DNA of 33,457 bases. Source: Promethearchaeota archaeon (GTDB lineage Archaea; Asgardarchaeota; Lokiarchaeia; Sigyniarchaeales; SOKP01). The notes under the pieces were generated by a model, which made no database searches, was not told the DNA's origin, and saw only the letters and a program-made list of their open reading frames with translations. Positions within the stretch are counted from its first letter, which is position 1. Each line of letters starts with the position of its first letter. Of this stretch, positions 9,527 to 18,478 are shown piece after piece. Location of the stretch: assembly GCA_011364975.1 (NCBI GenBank), contig RDOE01000036.1:1-33457 (forward strand), written 5' to 3'. The position numbers were made by a program, and so were the translations under genes.

Positions 9527-9653
9527 TTGAAATAGCAATCTTTTCTTTTATCTTATTATTCCTATATAAATAATGAGCTTAAAATTAAAAAGAAATTTTA
9601 GCAATAATTAATTAAAGAATTTTATTTAAAATTATAAATTTTTAATTTGAATT

Positions 9654-11291
9654 ATGTCAATTCATGGAAATCAATATATTTTACCATTATTTAATAGTGA
9701 GAAAAGTATCCCTCCTGTAAAAGAAAATGATGAGTTAGCATTAGCTTTTTTTCTTTTGACGAAAGACTTAAAACCAAATGAGAAGGTACTATCATTTGCT
9801 AAATTATTGTGGCCATTTTTATGTATTCAGGGAGTATTAAGTACCCATATTATATTAGATGGGCTACAGGTTTTTTCTAAAAAAGATAAATTAACTAACC
9901 CCCCAAGACAACCACAAATTGGACATATTTTAAGAAATATTGAAAATCTTTCTAAAATTGAGCAATTAAATAAGATAATCGAGATATTAACATATAAAGA
10001 TAGAGAGGCTGAAGAAATTGGGGAGGGCGAAGAGTCAGAATTTCAAAATTTAGAAATAGGAGGATTAGTAAATCCCAATTTTCTCAAAACCATAACTAAA
10101 TTATTATCATTAATAGAATATAAACCTATTGCGGAGTATATGCCTTTAGAAACAACATTTTCTACTGAAAAAGCTCTTGATATTGCGGAAAAATATCGAA
10201 ATATGGTAAATTACATGAAAGGGAATGCAATAAGATGGGATAGTATAATAGATTTAATTGGAAAAGAAGTTGAAAAATGGCTAATAGATTTAAATGTTCA
10301 ATTTAAGGATATTAGTTTGCGTTTTTCGTCACAAATCACAAAAACAAGTCAAACAATTGATTCTAACCAAATTCGGGACCAACTAGCCGTAGAAAAAGAC
10401 AAAATTGATCAATGGAAAGTAAACGAGAAGAAAAAAATAATAGAAAATATCTCTGTATTATTTAAAACTGGTGAACGAGTGTTAGAGGACATTTTAAAAA
10501 AAAACAAGATGTTTGTTCAGGCAGATAACCTAAAAGGAAGAGTTTTTGAAGAACTCACCAATTCTTTTGAAAATCATTTCAAATACCTAATTGATGAAGG
10601 TAATCATTTTGTTAATACCATTACCTCTTTAACAGAAAAGTATATGGAGTATAAGCAACGAGCATCTCAGATCGAAATAGATGCAGAAAACAATTTAATT
10701 AGTACTAAGAAGTCATTAGAAATGAAACTAAAAGATAGAGATGAGCATTTATCTCAATTCGAAAGAGAAAAGCAAGAACTAATCTCTACAATTGAGGAAG
10801 AAAGAAAAACGATTGAAAACTTATTTTTAGAGATTAAAAATATAATAAAAACAAAAAATGGCAATTGTATTCAAGAATCAAAAGAACTCATTTCATGGTC
10901 ACTAAATGATAGTCAATCTGATTTGTTTTCAAGGCCTATACAATGGATTTATATGCCATTATACATCATGTTTGCGGAAGAAGAGAATTCTGGAGAAGAA
11001 AATATGAAAATTATTTTTCCAGGTAATATTTCTAATAATCCTAATGAGATATACAGCGAATTATCTAATGACTTTGTTCAATTAAAAAATTTAGTATATA
11101 GTAAGATTGATGAAGATATAGCATTGAGGTCCAATTTTGAATTTTCAAGTGAAAATAAGAATCTTCTTGAAGATCAAAATTTGAATAAGAAGATTCAACA
11201 AGGAATTGCAATATTGAGAAATGTTAATATAATTACTAGCGATATTGAACAACAAATAAGAAATAATCTTAGTTTAATATTAAATATCTAA
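9654..11291 (+). CDS. Hypothetical protein with a long central coiled coil flanked by globular N- and C-terminal segments
   Basis: E/K/Q/L-rich helical region with no Pro from ~aa 170 to 425; flanking motifs KLLWPFLCI and WIYMPLYIM; no TM and no Walker A. Confidence 0.75.
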   Translation: MSIHGNQYILPLFNSEKSIPPVKENDELALAFFLLTKDLKPNEKVLSFAKLLWPFLCIQGVLSTHIILDGLQVFSKKDKLTNPPRQPQIGHILRNIENLSKIEQLNKIIEILTYKDREAEEIGEGEESEFQNLEIGGLVNPNFLKTITKLLSLIEYKPIAEYMPLETTFSTEKALDIAEKYRNMVNYMKGNAIRWDSIIDLIGKEVEKWLIDLNVQFKDISLRFSSQITKTSQTIDSNQIRDQLAVEKDKIDQWKVNEKKKIIENISVLFKTGERVLEDILKKNKMFVQADNLKGRVFEELTNSFENHFKYLIDEGNHFVNTITSLTEKYMEYKQRASQIEIDAENNLISTKKSLEMKLKDRDEHLSQFEREKQELISTIEEERKTIENLFLEIKNIIKTKNGNCIQESKELISWSLNDSQSDLFSRPIQWIYMPLYIMFAEEENSGEENMKIIFPGNISNNPNEIYSELSNDFVQLKNLVYSKIDEDIALRSNFEFSSENKNLLEDQNLNKKIQQGIAILRNVNIITSDIEQQIRNNLSLILNI

Positions 11292-11304
11292 CTATTTTTA
11301 TAGT

Positions 11305-11979
11305 ATGATGAGTAACAAAAAGTTGGGATTTAAAAAAAAATTTGATCTTAAGAAAAAGACGCTTCGCACGCTATTCCTTCATATTGAAAAGGATAGCAAA
11401 AAGGGGATACTTGATGAAAGTCAAAAAGAAATCTTAGAAAAAGGTATGGTTTATACGCAGATGAAGTTACCTGTTGACAAAATCACCAAGGAATTCGAAG
11501 ATTCTTTAAAAGATAAAATCGAACATAACATATATAATGCTAAAATTCGAGAAGCTACGGAAAAGGATCTTAATATAGTTAAAGATATTTACAATAAAGC
11601 ATGGTTAACGTCAAATACACCATTTAGACCAATCGAAAAGGAAAGCTTGAAAACGATATTTGATGACCCAGATACTGTATTTCTTATCGCTAAAGTATTT
11701 GGAGTAGATGCAGGTTTTGTTATCTTAGATTTTGAGGGAAAGCAAAAGGAATATGGAATAATCGCTGGCCTTGGAATTTTACCTCGTTATCAACATAAAG
11801 GTTTGGGTACAATATTAGGATTAGCTGCTTGGAATTATTTTAAAGAAAAAGGCTTAAAAGAATTAAGATGTGAAGTATATAAACAGAATCAAAAATCATA
11901 TAACTTCATAAAAGGTCTTAATTTCGAAGAATTTGGAGAACAAGTTTATCGTAAAGAAGATTTTGAATTAAATGAGTAA
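11305..11979 (+). CDS. GNAT-family N-acetyltransferase (paralog 1)
   Basis: KIREATEKDL, acetyl-CoA motif A GLGILPRYQHKGLG, motif B LRCEVYKQNQKSYNFIKGLNF. Confidence 0.9.
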   Translation: MMSNKKLGFKKKFDLKKKTLRTLFLHIEKDSKKGILDESQKEILEKGMVYTQMKLPVDKITKEFEDSLKDKIEHNIYNAKIREATEKDLNIVKDIYNKAWLTSNTPFRPIEKESLKTIFDDPDTVFLIAKVFGVDAGFVILDFEGKQKEYGIIAGLGILPRYQHKGLGTILGLAAWNYFKEKGLKELRCEVYKQNQKSYNFIKGLNFEEFGEQVYRKEDFELNE

Positions 11980-12010
11980 TGAAAATAAACCTTATTATGG
12001 TTTATTCATT
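11978..12010 (+). other. Stem-loop / inverted repeat between the two GNAT genes
   Basis: AATAAACC (11984-11991) pairs with GGTTTATT (11999-12006); extends to AATG/CATT across a 2-nt bulge. Confidence 0.45.
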
Positions 12011-12045
12011 TAGTATTCCATCCAAAATTCGCTTTAATTTTTATA

Positions 12046-12693
12046 ATGAATGAATCTAAACTTAGTTTTAAAAAAAAAGCAGTTAGGAACCTCTTTTTAA
12101 ATTATGAAAAGAAATTTAAAACCGAAGAAGAGATCGAAAAAGAATTAGAAACAACTGGAATGGCATATATCCAAATGAGACTCCCAGTTGAGAAGATCAC
12201 GGAAGAATATGAGGAAATAATAAGGAAAAGAGTTGAAAAGAACATTTTAAGAGCCAAGATTCGGGAGGCAACCAAAGAAGATTTAGATAGTGTAGTCTTT
12301 TTACACAATCGAAGTTGGATGACTTCAAGTACACCGTTTAGCCCTATATCTCATGAAACAATAAAAAAGATATTTGAATATCCTGATACTAAAATCCTAA
12401 TCGCTAAAGTATATGGAACTGATGGAGGGTTTGTAATTCTTGATTTTGAGGGAAATAATAAAGAATATGGAATAATTGCAGGTTTGGGCGTTTTACCAAG
12501 ATTTCAAAGAAAGGGACTTGGAACTGTTATCGGAATGGCTGCTTGGGATTACTTTAAGAAGCGAGGTGTAAAAGAACTTCGATGTGAGGTGTATAAAGAT
12601 AACAATGTTTCTTATAATTTTATCAAATCCTTAGGATTTGAAGAATATGACGTAATTGTGTACAAAGCTCAAGATTTTAATCTTAGTTCTTAG
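12046..12693 (+). CDS. GNAT-family N-acetyltransferase (paralog 2)
   Basis: KIREATKEDL, GLGVLPRFQRKGLG, LRCEVYKDNNVSYNFIKSLGF; colinear with the upstream paralog. Confidence 0.9.
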   Translation: MNESKLSFKKKAVRNLFLNYEKKFKTEEEIEKELETTGMAYIQMRLPVEKITEEYEEIIRKRVEKNILRAKIREATKEDLDSVVFLHNRSWMTSSTPFSPISHETIKKIFEYPDTKILIAKVYGTDGGFVILDFEGNNKEYGIIAGLGVLPRFQRKGLGTVIGMAAWDYFKKRGVKELRCEVYKDNNVSYNFIKSLGFEEYDVIVYKAQDFNLSS

Positions 12694-12697
12694 AAAA

Positions 12698-12711
12698 TTT
12701 AAATATATAAA
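12698..12711 (+). promoter_or_regulatory. Archaeal TATA box for the downstream membrane gene
   Basis: GAAAA-TTTAAATATATAAA ~25-35 nt upstream of ATG 12734, spacing typical of a leaderless or short-leader transcript. Confidence 0.45.
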
Positions 12712-12733
12712 ACCAATTGAATCTGAAAAAGAT

Positions 12734-13873
12734 ATGAATGAATATAGAAATATTGAGATCTTGAAAGGTTTTACTATATTTATCATCTTAATATCTAATT
12801 CAATTAAATATTGGATTGTTTTTCAAGATGAGATTTTAGTCACTTATCTTATTGGTTTCCCTATAATGATTTTTGAATTATTTGGTTCATTTTTATTTAT
12901 ATTTATAAATTCATTTACAGTTACATTTATACTCGAGAAAAAAATGGGTTGTGTTCCAGAGAAAAATAAAAGAAATAAGATAATCAAGCAAGGAATTTTT
13001 TTAATTTTGTTAGGTTTGCCATTTAATATAATCTTAAATCCATTAGTGATTTATCCTTTTAATCTATGGGGCTGGAATATTCTTACGTTTTTAGGTTTTT
13101 CTCAAATAATTTGTTACTTTGCTTATAAATTGGTGAGATGGACACGCATTATAATTGGATTAGCACTCATTTTTTTAACTTTCGGTATAAGAGAATTACT
13201 ATATATATGGAGGGATGTAAACCCGATAGCATATATATTAGACTTTATCATTGTTTCGCCATATCCTAATTATTCTTTATTACCATATGCTTCAATTTGT
13301 TTCTTTTCAACCGTTTTTGGAGAACTTTTTTATGAAGCAAAACTCTTAGATTCTAAAATTGCAGAGATTAATGCCATAACATCAATTTTAAAGTATGGAA
13401 TTGTTTTATTGATTATTGGATTACTTATTCCTATTGCTGAATTCCGACCAGTAATAACCTTAGAGGATTATGATCCAAATAAGTATCCCTTTATCGACAT
13501 ACTTCTAATCCTGAAATCACCATTTCTAGTATATATTCCGAATCTTCCAGGATTTTTACTAAAAGGAACTCCAGCTAATCTTTTTTTTAGTATGGGAATA
13601 GCATTATTATGCATGGGTTTAATTTTTTATTCAAATTATTATAAGCAAAATGCTACTAGAATTTCATATTATTTTACGCTACTTGGAAAGTTCTCCTTCA
13701 CATTATTATTTATTCAATTTATATTTCTTTATTGTTTTTATCATAGGTTATCTCTTCTCATTTTATATCCTTTTGTGCTAATATATCTCTTTTTGATAAG
13801 TATGATAATCTATTTATGGGAAAAATATATGAAGAAATTTCCTTATATTGACAAAATAATTCTAAAATTTTAA
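12734..13873 (+). CDS. Polytopic membrane protein, DUF1624/HGSNAT-like transmembrane acyltransferase family
   Basis: N-terminal RNIEILKGFTIFIILISN resembles the DxxRG..(N/H) motif; FIFINSF, WNILTFLG, YSLLPY, LGKFSFTLLF; about 9-10 TMs. ATG 12734 is preferred over the track's GTG 12656, which overlaps the GNAT gene. Confidence 0.6.
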   Translation: MNEYRNIEILKGFTIFIILISNSIKYWIVFQDEILVTYLIGFPIMIFELFGSFLFIFINSFTVTFILEKKMGCVPEKNKRNKIIKQGIFLILLGLPFNIILNPLVIYPFNLWGWNILTFLGFSQIICYFAYKLVRWTRIIIGLALIFLTFGIRELLYIWRDVNPIAYILDFIIVSPYPNYSLLPYASICFFSTVFGELFYEAKLLDSKIAEINAITSILKYGIVLLIIGLLIPIAEFRPVITLEDYDPNKYPFIDILLILKSPFLVYIPNLPGFLLKGTPANLFFSMGIALLCMGLIFYSNYYKQNATRISYYFTLLGKFSFTLLFIQFIFLYCFYHRLSLLILYPFVLIYLFLISMIIYLWEKYMKKFPYIDKIILKF

Positions 13874-13913
13874 TCCCAATCCAAAACCATTACTTTCTTA
13901 TTATTTATAATTA

Positions 13914-15347
13914 TTAATTAATAGTTTTGTTAGTTATTACTTCTATTTTTTGCGAGATTAAGGATTTATTAATTTCATCATTAATTTCAGAATAATATTT
14001 CAGTGCTTTCTTAAATGATAAAAGCGCTAAGGGTATGTTTTGTTCAATTTTATAAATTTCACCGATCTTATCAAAAATTTCAGCAGATTCTTTAAAATAT
14101 TCTTCAGTTTCATAAATTTCTAACGCTTCCTCATAAAATTTTATCGCTCTTGTAGAATCTTGAAGAAATTCATGGTATATCCTAGCAATTTCTTTTTCAA
14201 TTTCTGCAACCTTGATTTCATTACCATATTTTTTATATATATCAATTGCATAAGTGAAATAATCAATAGCTTTCTCATCTTCTCCCTTAATGGCATAAAA
14301 TTTCGCTAAATTATCGAGTACTAATGCTTCATTGATATGATCTTGTATTTCATAATTTCTTATTGTTTCAAGGCTTTTTAGAAAATAATTTTCAGCTTCA
14401 ATATCATGATCCCATAAAATATGCAACTTAGCGATGTAGAGATAACATTCCCATTCAAGTCTAGCCTTCAAAACTGTTGAGATTTGACTTTGAATTTTTT
14501 TAATTAATGCTATAGCATCATTTAAATACTGATATGCTTGATCATAATGCAGTTCTCCAATATAATAATAGACTTTTCCAAATTTTATGAGAGTTAGAAT
14601 AGTACCATACACATCTTTATGATTTGAAAAGTAATCTAGATTATTTTTTAAAATTCTTATTATTCGGTCATAATCTTTAAGACAAAATAATGTCTCAACT
14701 AAATTACTTGACGTTTTTACTGCTTCTTGTTCCAATTTCTCATTTTCGGCTAAATTTAAAGCTTTTTGGTAATTATTATAAGAATTTTCTAAATCATTTA
14801 ATAGATAATATACATTTCCGATATTGTTGAGAACTTGTATTAATTTTCTTTTGTCTTCACTTTGCTCTAAAATTTTTATAGTTCTATCAAAATGGTATAT
14901 AGCCTGATCAAAATAACCTATTTCTTCATTAATTAAACCCAATTCATTTTGGCATATAGCTATATTTAAGAGATCATTCACTTCTTCAAAGTTTTGAAGC
15001 GCTAATTTCAAATTTTTTATAGCAGAATGAAAATCTCTTTTCTTATAAAATAAACTAGCTTTATTTAATAAAATCGAGCCCATATCTTTGCCAGATTTCT
15101 CAGAATATGAAAGTTTTTTTTCAATCTCCCCTAATTCATCATCTATATCACTATCTTCTATAATATAATCATCATGATTTCCATTCTCTTTTTTAGCTAC
15201 TGTATTATAAAATAGGGATTCAGTCGATGGAAACTCATCTTTAATGATCAAATCTTTTTCAAGATTACTTATGAGAGGTTTATTACAATTATGGCAATAA
15301 CTCCAATACTTTTCAATGGGGCTTTTACAAAATGGACAATACAACAT
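13914..15347 (-). CDS. Zinc-ribbon plus tetratricopeptide-repeat protein
   Basis: N-terminal CPFC-x9-CHNC, acidic linker, then ~40-aa TPR units (NELGLINEEIGYFDQAIYHF, NNIGNVYYLLNDLENS, DNLAKFYAIKGEDEKAIDYF). Confidence 0.85.
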   Translation of the reverse strand: MLYCPFCKSPIEKYWSYCHNCNKPLISNLEKDLIIKDEFPSTESLFYNTVAKKENGNHDDYIIEDSDIDDELGEIEKKLSYSEKSGKDMGSILLNKASLFYKKRDFHSAIKNLKLALQNFEEVNDLLNIAICQNELGLINEEIGYFDQAIYHFDRTIKILEQSEDKRKLIQVLNNIGNVYYLLNDLENSYNNYQKALNLAENEKLEQEAVKTSSNLVETLFCLKDYDRIIRILKNNLDYFSNHKDVYGTILTLIKFGKVYYYIGELHYDQAYQYLNDAIALIKKIQSQISTVLKARLEWECYLYIAKLHILWDHDIEAENYFLKSLETIRNYEIQDHINEALVLDNLAKFYAIKGEDEKAIDYFTYAIDIYKKYGNEIKVAEIEKEIARIYHEFLQDSTRAIKFYEEALEIYETEEYFKESAEIFDKIGEIYKIEQNIPLALLSFKKALKYYSEINDEINKSLISQKIEVITNKTIN

Positions 15348-15452
15348 TTCTTTTTTTCAAATACTAATTATAGTGAAGAAGATAATCTTATCTTTTAAAA
15401 TTATTTAAAATGAGATTTCCGATAACATTTGTACTTTTTAACGAATTAAATT

Positions 15453-16382
15453 TTAGATTTTACCTTCAGAATTCTTCATTTCTGCCTCTATTTGTAAATC
15501 TGATAATCCTAATGACTTTAATAGAATTTTCAATTGTATAATTGAGTTTTTAGCATTAATTCTTTTAGCTAAATTTAGTGCTTTAATGTATTGGTCTTTT
15601 GCTTCTTTTAAGTTTCCTTGATATACCAAAATCTCACCAACATAACTCAAACCTTTAAGAATCAGTTCGATATAATTTGTATCAATAGCTAGATTTGTTC
15701 CTAGTTTGAAGTATCTAATTGATTCTTCATAATCTTGTTTTCTTTTTTGAATAATACCCAAGTTAAAGTAAGAAGTTATAATACCCTTATTATCTCTTAA
15801 TTTCTCAAAAGCTTCTAAAGATTTTATATATAATTCATAAACCACATCCCATTTACCCATACTCTCATGTATGTATACTAAATTTCCCAGGCAATCCAGT
15901 AAATTATAAATATCATTATTATCAGAACATATAGTACTACATTCAATGAATATGTCACACGCGTCGTCTAAATTATTTAATTTTATAAGATTAATACCAA
16001 TACCCTTTAAGCATGCAATTTCCTCGGGTATTTGGTTTAATTCTTTGTAAATATCCAAAGCAATATTATAATTTTCAATAGATTTTTGATAATCACCTCT
16101 TTTAAAGTAAAGGATACCTAGGATAGCATACACAGATGCTTGACCTAATCTGTCGCGCTGATTTTTAAAATGTTTTAAACAAATATTCAAATTAATCTCA
16201 GAATCCTTAAATTGACCTGCCTCTAATTGTAAAAAGGCCAGATTGCTTAACTCTTTTATATATTCGGATGTTTTACCTATTTGATCAAAATCACCTAAGG
16301 TTTTTTTTATTTGAGAAATTAATTTTTCAATTTCCTCTTTTGTTAGATTAACATCTTCATTTAGATACATGGATAAACCCAT
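15453..16382 (-). CDS. Tetratricopeptide-repeat protein
   Basis: TPR units LGILYFKRGDYQKSIENYNIAL, FNLGIIQKRKQDYEESIRYF, VGEILVYQGNLKEAKDQYIKAL. Confidence 0.85.
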   Translation of the reverse strand: MGLSMYLNEDVNLTKEEIEKLISQIKKTLGDFDQIGKTSEYIKELSNLAFLQLEAGQFKDSEINLNICLKHFKNQRDRLGQASVYAILGILYFKRGDYQKSIENYNIALDIYKELNQIPEEIACLKGIGINLIKLNNLDDACDIFIECSTICSDNNDIYNLLDCLGNLVYIHESMGKWDVVYELYIKSLEAFEKLRDNKGIITSYFNLGIIQKRKQDYEESIRYFKLGTNLAIDTNYIELILKGLSYVGEILVYQGNLKEAKDQYIKALNLAKRINAKNSIIQLKILLKSLGLSDLQIEAEMKNSEGKI

Positions 16383-16512
16383 TTTATGAATTTTTTAAAA
16401 TTTAATGCTAATATTAGTTCAATTTAATAAAATTAGGTAAAAATCTTATAAAAAGAATCATCTTTTATTTAATTAAATCAAAGGAATAATTTTTAGAGAG
16501 AGCAATTGTAGC

Positions 16513-17619
16513 ATGAAAATTAAAGCGAGATTATGGGAAGAGTTAGAGGATCATAAGGTTAAATGTCAAGTATGTGCTAATAGATGTGTTGTTTTACCCG
16601 GAAAAGTAGGAATCTGTAGAACAAGAAAGAATTTCAATGGTGAGTTTTACACCCTTATTTATGGTTCTTTGATATCTAGTGGTAGCCTTGATCCAATAGA
16701 AAAAAAACCACTTTATAATTTTTGGCCGGGAGCAACAGCTTATTCAATTGCTTCTATTGGATGTTCCTTTAAATGCCAAAATTGCCAAAATTGGTCAATT
16801 AGCCAAGCAAATCCTTCTGATAATGGAAAGGATGGAACTTACGATTTAGCAGGCTTGGGGAATCGCAGTATGTCATTAATTGAGATGACCCCTGAAGAAC
16901 TGGTTAAAAAAGTTATACGAAGCGGAGCAAAAACCTTAGCATACACTTATAATGAACCTTTAATTTGGCATGAATGGATTATAGATACCACAAGGCTTCT
17001 AAAGAAAGAGAATATTAAAACTATATTAGTAACAAATGGTTATTCCACTCCAGAAGCTACGAAGGAATTAATTGATGTAGGTATCGACGCAGCTAACATT
17101 GATATTAAATCAATGTCCGATGAATTTTATAAAAAAATATGTGGGGTAAAATCCGTCAAACCAGTCTTAGATACAGCTAAAGAGTTTGTCTTAAAAGGTA
17201 TTCATGTTGAAATTACAAATCTAATCATTCCGGATTTAAATGATTCTGAAGATGAAATTAAAGAATTATCAAATTGGATATTAAAAAATCTTGGAAAGGA
17301 TACACCTCTACACTTTTCAGCTTATCATCCAGATTTCAAGGCACCCTCAGAAAAAAGCACACCATATGACACACTAAACCTTGCATTTGAAATAGCAAAA
17401 AGAATAGGATTAAATTTTGTATATGTCGGGAATATTCAACACAATAAAGGGAGCAATACATATTGTCCTAATTGTTCTCACCTGATTCTGGGTAGAAGCG
17501 GTTATAGGTTTACTAAAATTGATATTAAAGATGATCATAAATGCCCCAATTGTAATTATGATTTATCAAAAGCTATAAAAGGAGAGATAAATAGACATCC
17601 TTCACATAGGTTTTTTTAA
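16513..17619 (+). CDS. amrS: AmmeMemoRadiSam-system radical SAM enzyme (PflA-like)
   Basis: CQVCANRC..GICRTR, DPIEKKPLYNFWPG, radical SAM GCSFKCQNCQNWSISQ, AYTYNEP, NIDIKS, PLHFSAYHP, C-terminal CPNC..CPNC. Confidence 0.9.
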   Translation: MKIKARLWEELEDHKVKCQVCANRCVVLPGKVGICRTRKNFNGEFYTLIYGSLISSGSLDPIEKKPLYNFWPGATAYSIASIGCSFKCQNCQNWSISQANPSDNGKDGTYDLAGLGNRSMSLIEMTPEELVKKVIRSGAKTLAYTYNEPLIWHEWIIDTTRLLKKENIKTILVTNGYSTPEATKELIDVGIDAANIDIKSMSDEFYKKICGVKSVKPVLDTAKEFVLKGIHVEITNLIIPDLNDSEDEIKELSNWILKNLGKDTPLHFSAYHPDFKAPSEKSTPYDTLNLAFEIAKRIGLNFVYVGNIQHNKGSNTYCPNCSHLILGRSGYRFTKIDIKDDHKCPNCNYDLSKAIKGEINRHPSHRFF

Positions 17620-17673
17620 CTTTTAATTTAAAATTGAGTTAAAAAAAAATAATAAAATAGAGTAAAAAAAATA

Positions 17674-18345
17674 TTAAAATAATCCAGTAATAGAAACTCC
17701 AATTACGAGAAGTAAAAACCCTTGTAGAAGGCAGAATATCGCGATTATTAATGCTAAAGGAGGCCAAGAAAGCCCTTTAGATATTTTCATCAATCCTCCA
17801 ATATAGAATTTTACTGTAAGAGCAACAATAGCAAAAATAATGATAAAAAGTATTACGAGAAATATTTTTGGATTAATAAATACGGCAATTACCTGAACCA
17901 ATTGATCAGGAATGGACAAACTTATTATCACAATTACTGCTGAAGCTGCAAGTAGCCCTATAACACTAGCAAATGGAAGATCATTTACAGGTTTTAGAAA
18001 AGTTAACAATCCTAATACAATTAGAAAGACAGACGTAAATATACTTGCTGAGTTTTGGGTATTTGCACCATAAGCGACGCTTGGAGGCTCATTTAGAACC
18101 AACCCTCCAACACCACACATAATACTTAAAATTCCAACAAAAAAACCGAGAAAGGTTAAAATCTTCAAAAAGCGAGTTAATTTGTAATCCCAATCTTCAG
18201 TTTTTCTTTCTTTAAATGACCCTCTTCTTTTAGTTTCATATAATGCATAAATAATCCAAATTACACCAAGGATCAATATGAAAAATCCTGCAAATTCTGC
18301 TAGCGGTCTTAAAAAATTCTCTGTAAAATCAAATTGATAGATCAT
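17674..18345 (-). CDS. Hypothetical membrane protein (~6 TM)
   Basis: Six hydrophobic segments; ATG 18345 (MIYQFDF) is preferred over the track's upstream start in AT-rich promoter-like DNA. Confidence 0.7.
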   Translation of the reverse strand: MIYQFDFTENFLRPLAEFAGFFILILGVIWIIYALYETKRRGSFKERKTEDWDYKLTRFLKILTFLGFFVGILSIMCGVGGLVLNEPPSVAYGANTQNSASIFTSVFLIVLGLLTFLKPVNDLPFASVIGLLAASAVIVIISLSIPDQLVQVIAVFINPKIFLVILFIIIFAIVALTVKFYIGGLMKISKGLSWPPLALIIAIFCLLQGFLLLVIGVSITGLF

Positions 18346-18478
18346 TTTTTTCACACAATTAATTTGATTTAAATATATTATTATGAAGAATAACACTTAT
18401 TAAGTATTTATATTATATCTAGTCCAATTTTTAAAATATTTAATATTAAAAATTTTATTAAATAATGAATATAGTAGC

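Noticed and set aside
9654-11291. Coiled-coil protein as SMC/Rad50 or a dynamin-like protein
   Set aside because: No Walker A/B, ABC signature, zinc hook or GTPase motifs are visible
12102-12308. ORF 12102..12308(-)
   Set aside because: Antisense shadow of GNAT2
12656-12733. Overlap of GNAT2 with the membrane-protein ORF as a possible frameshift fusion
   Set aside because: GNAT2 ends at the same motif as its paralog, and a TATA box plus ATG 12734 explain an independent start
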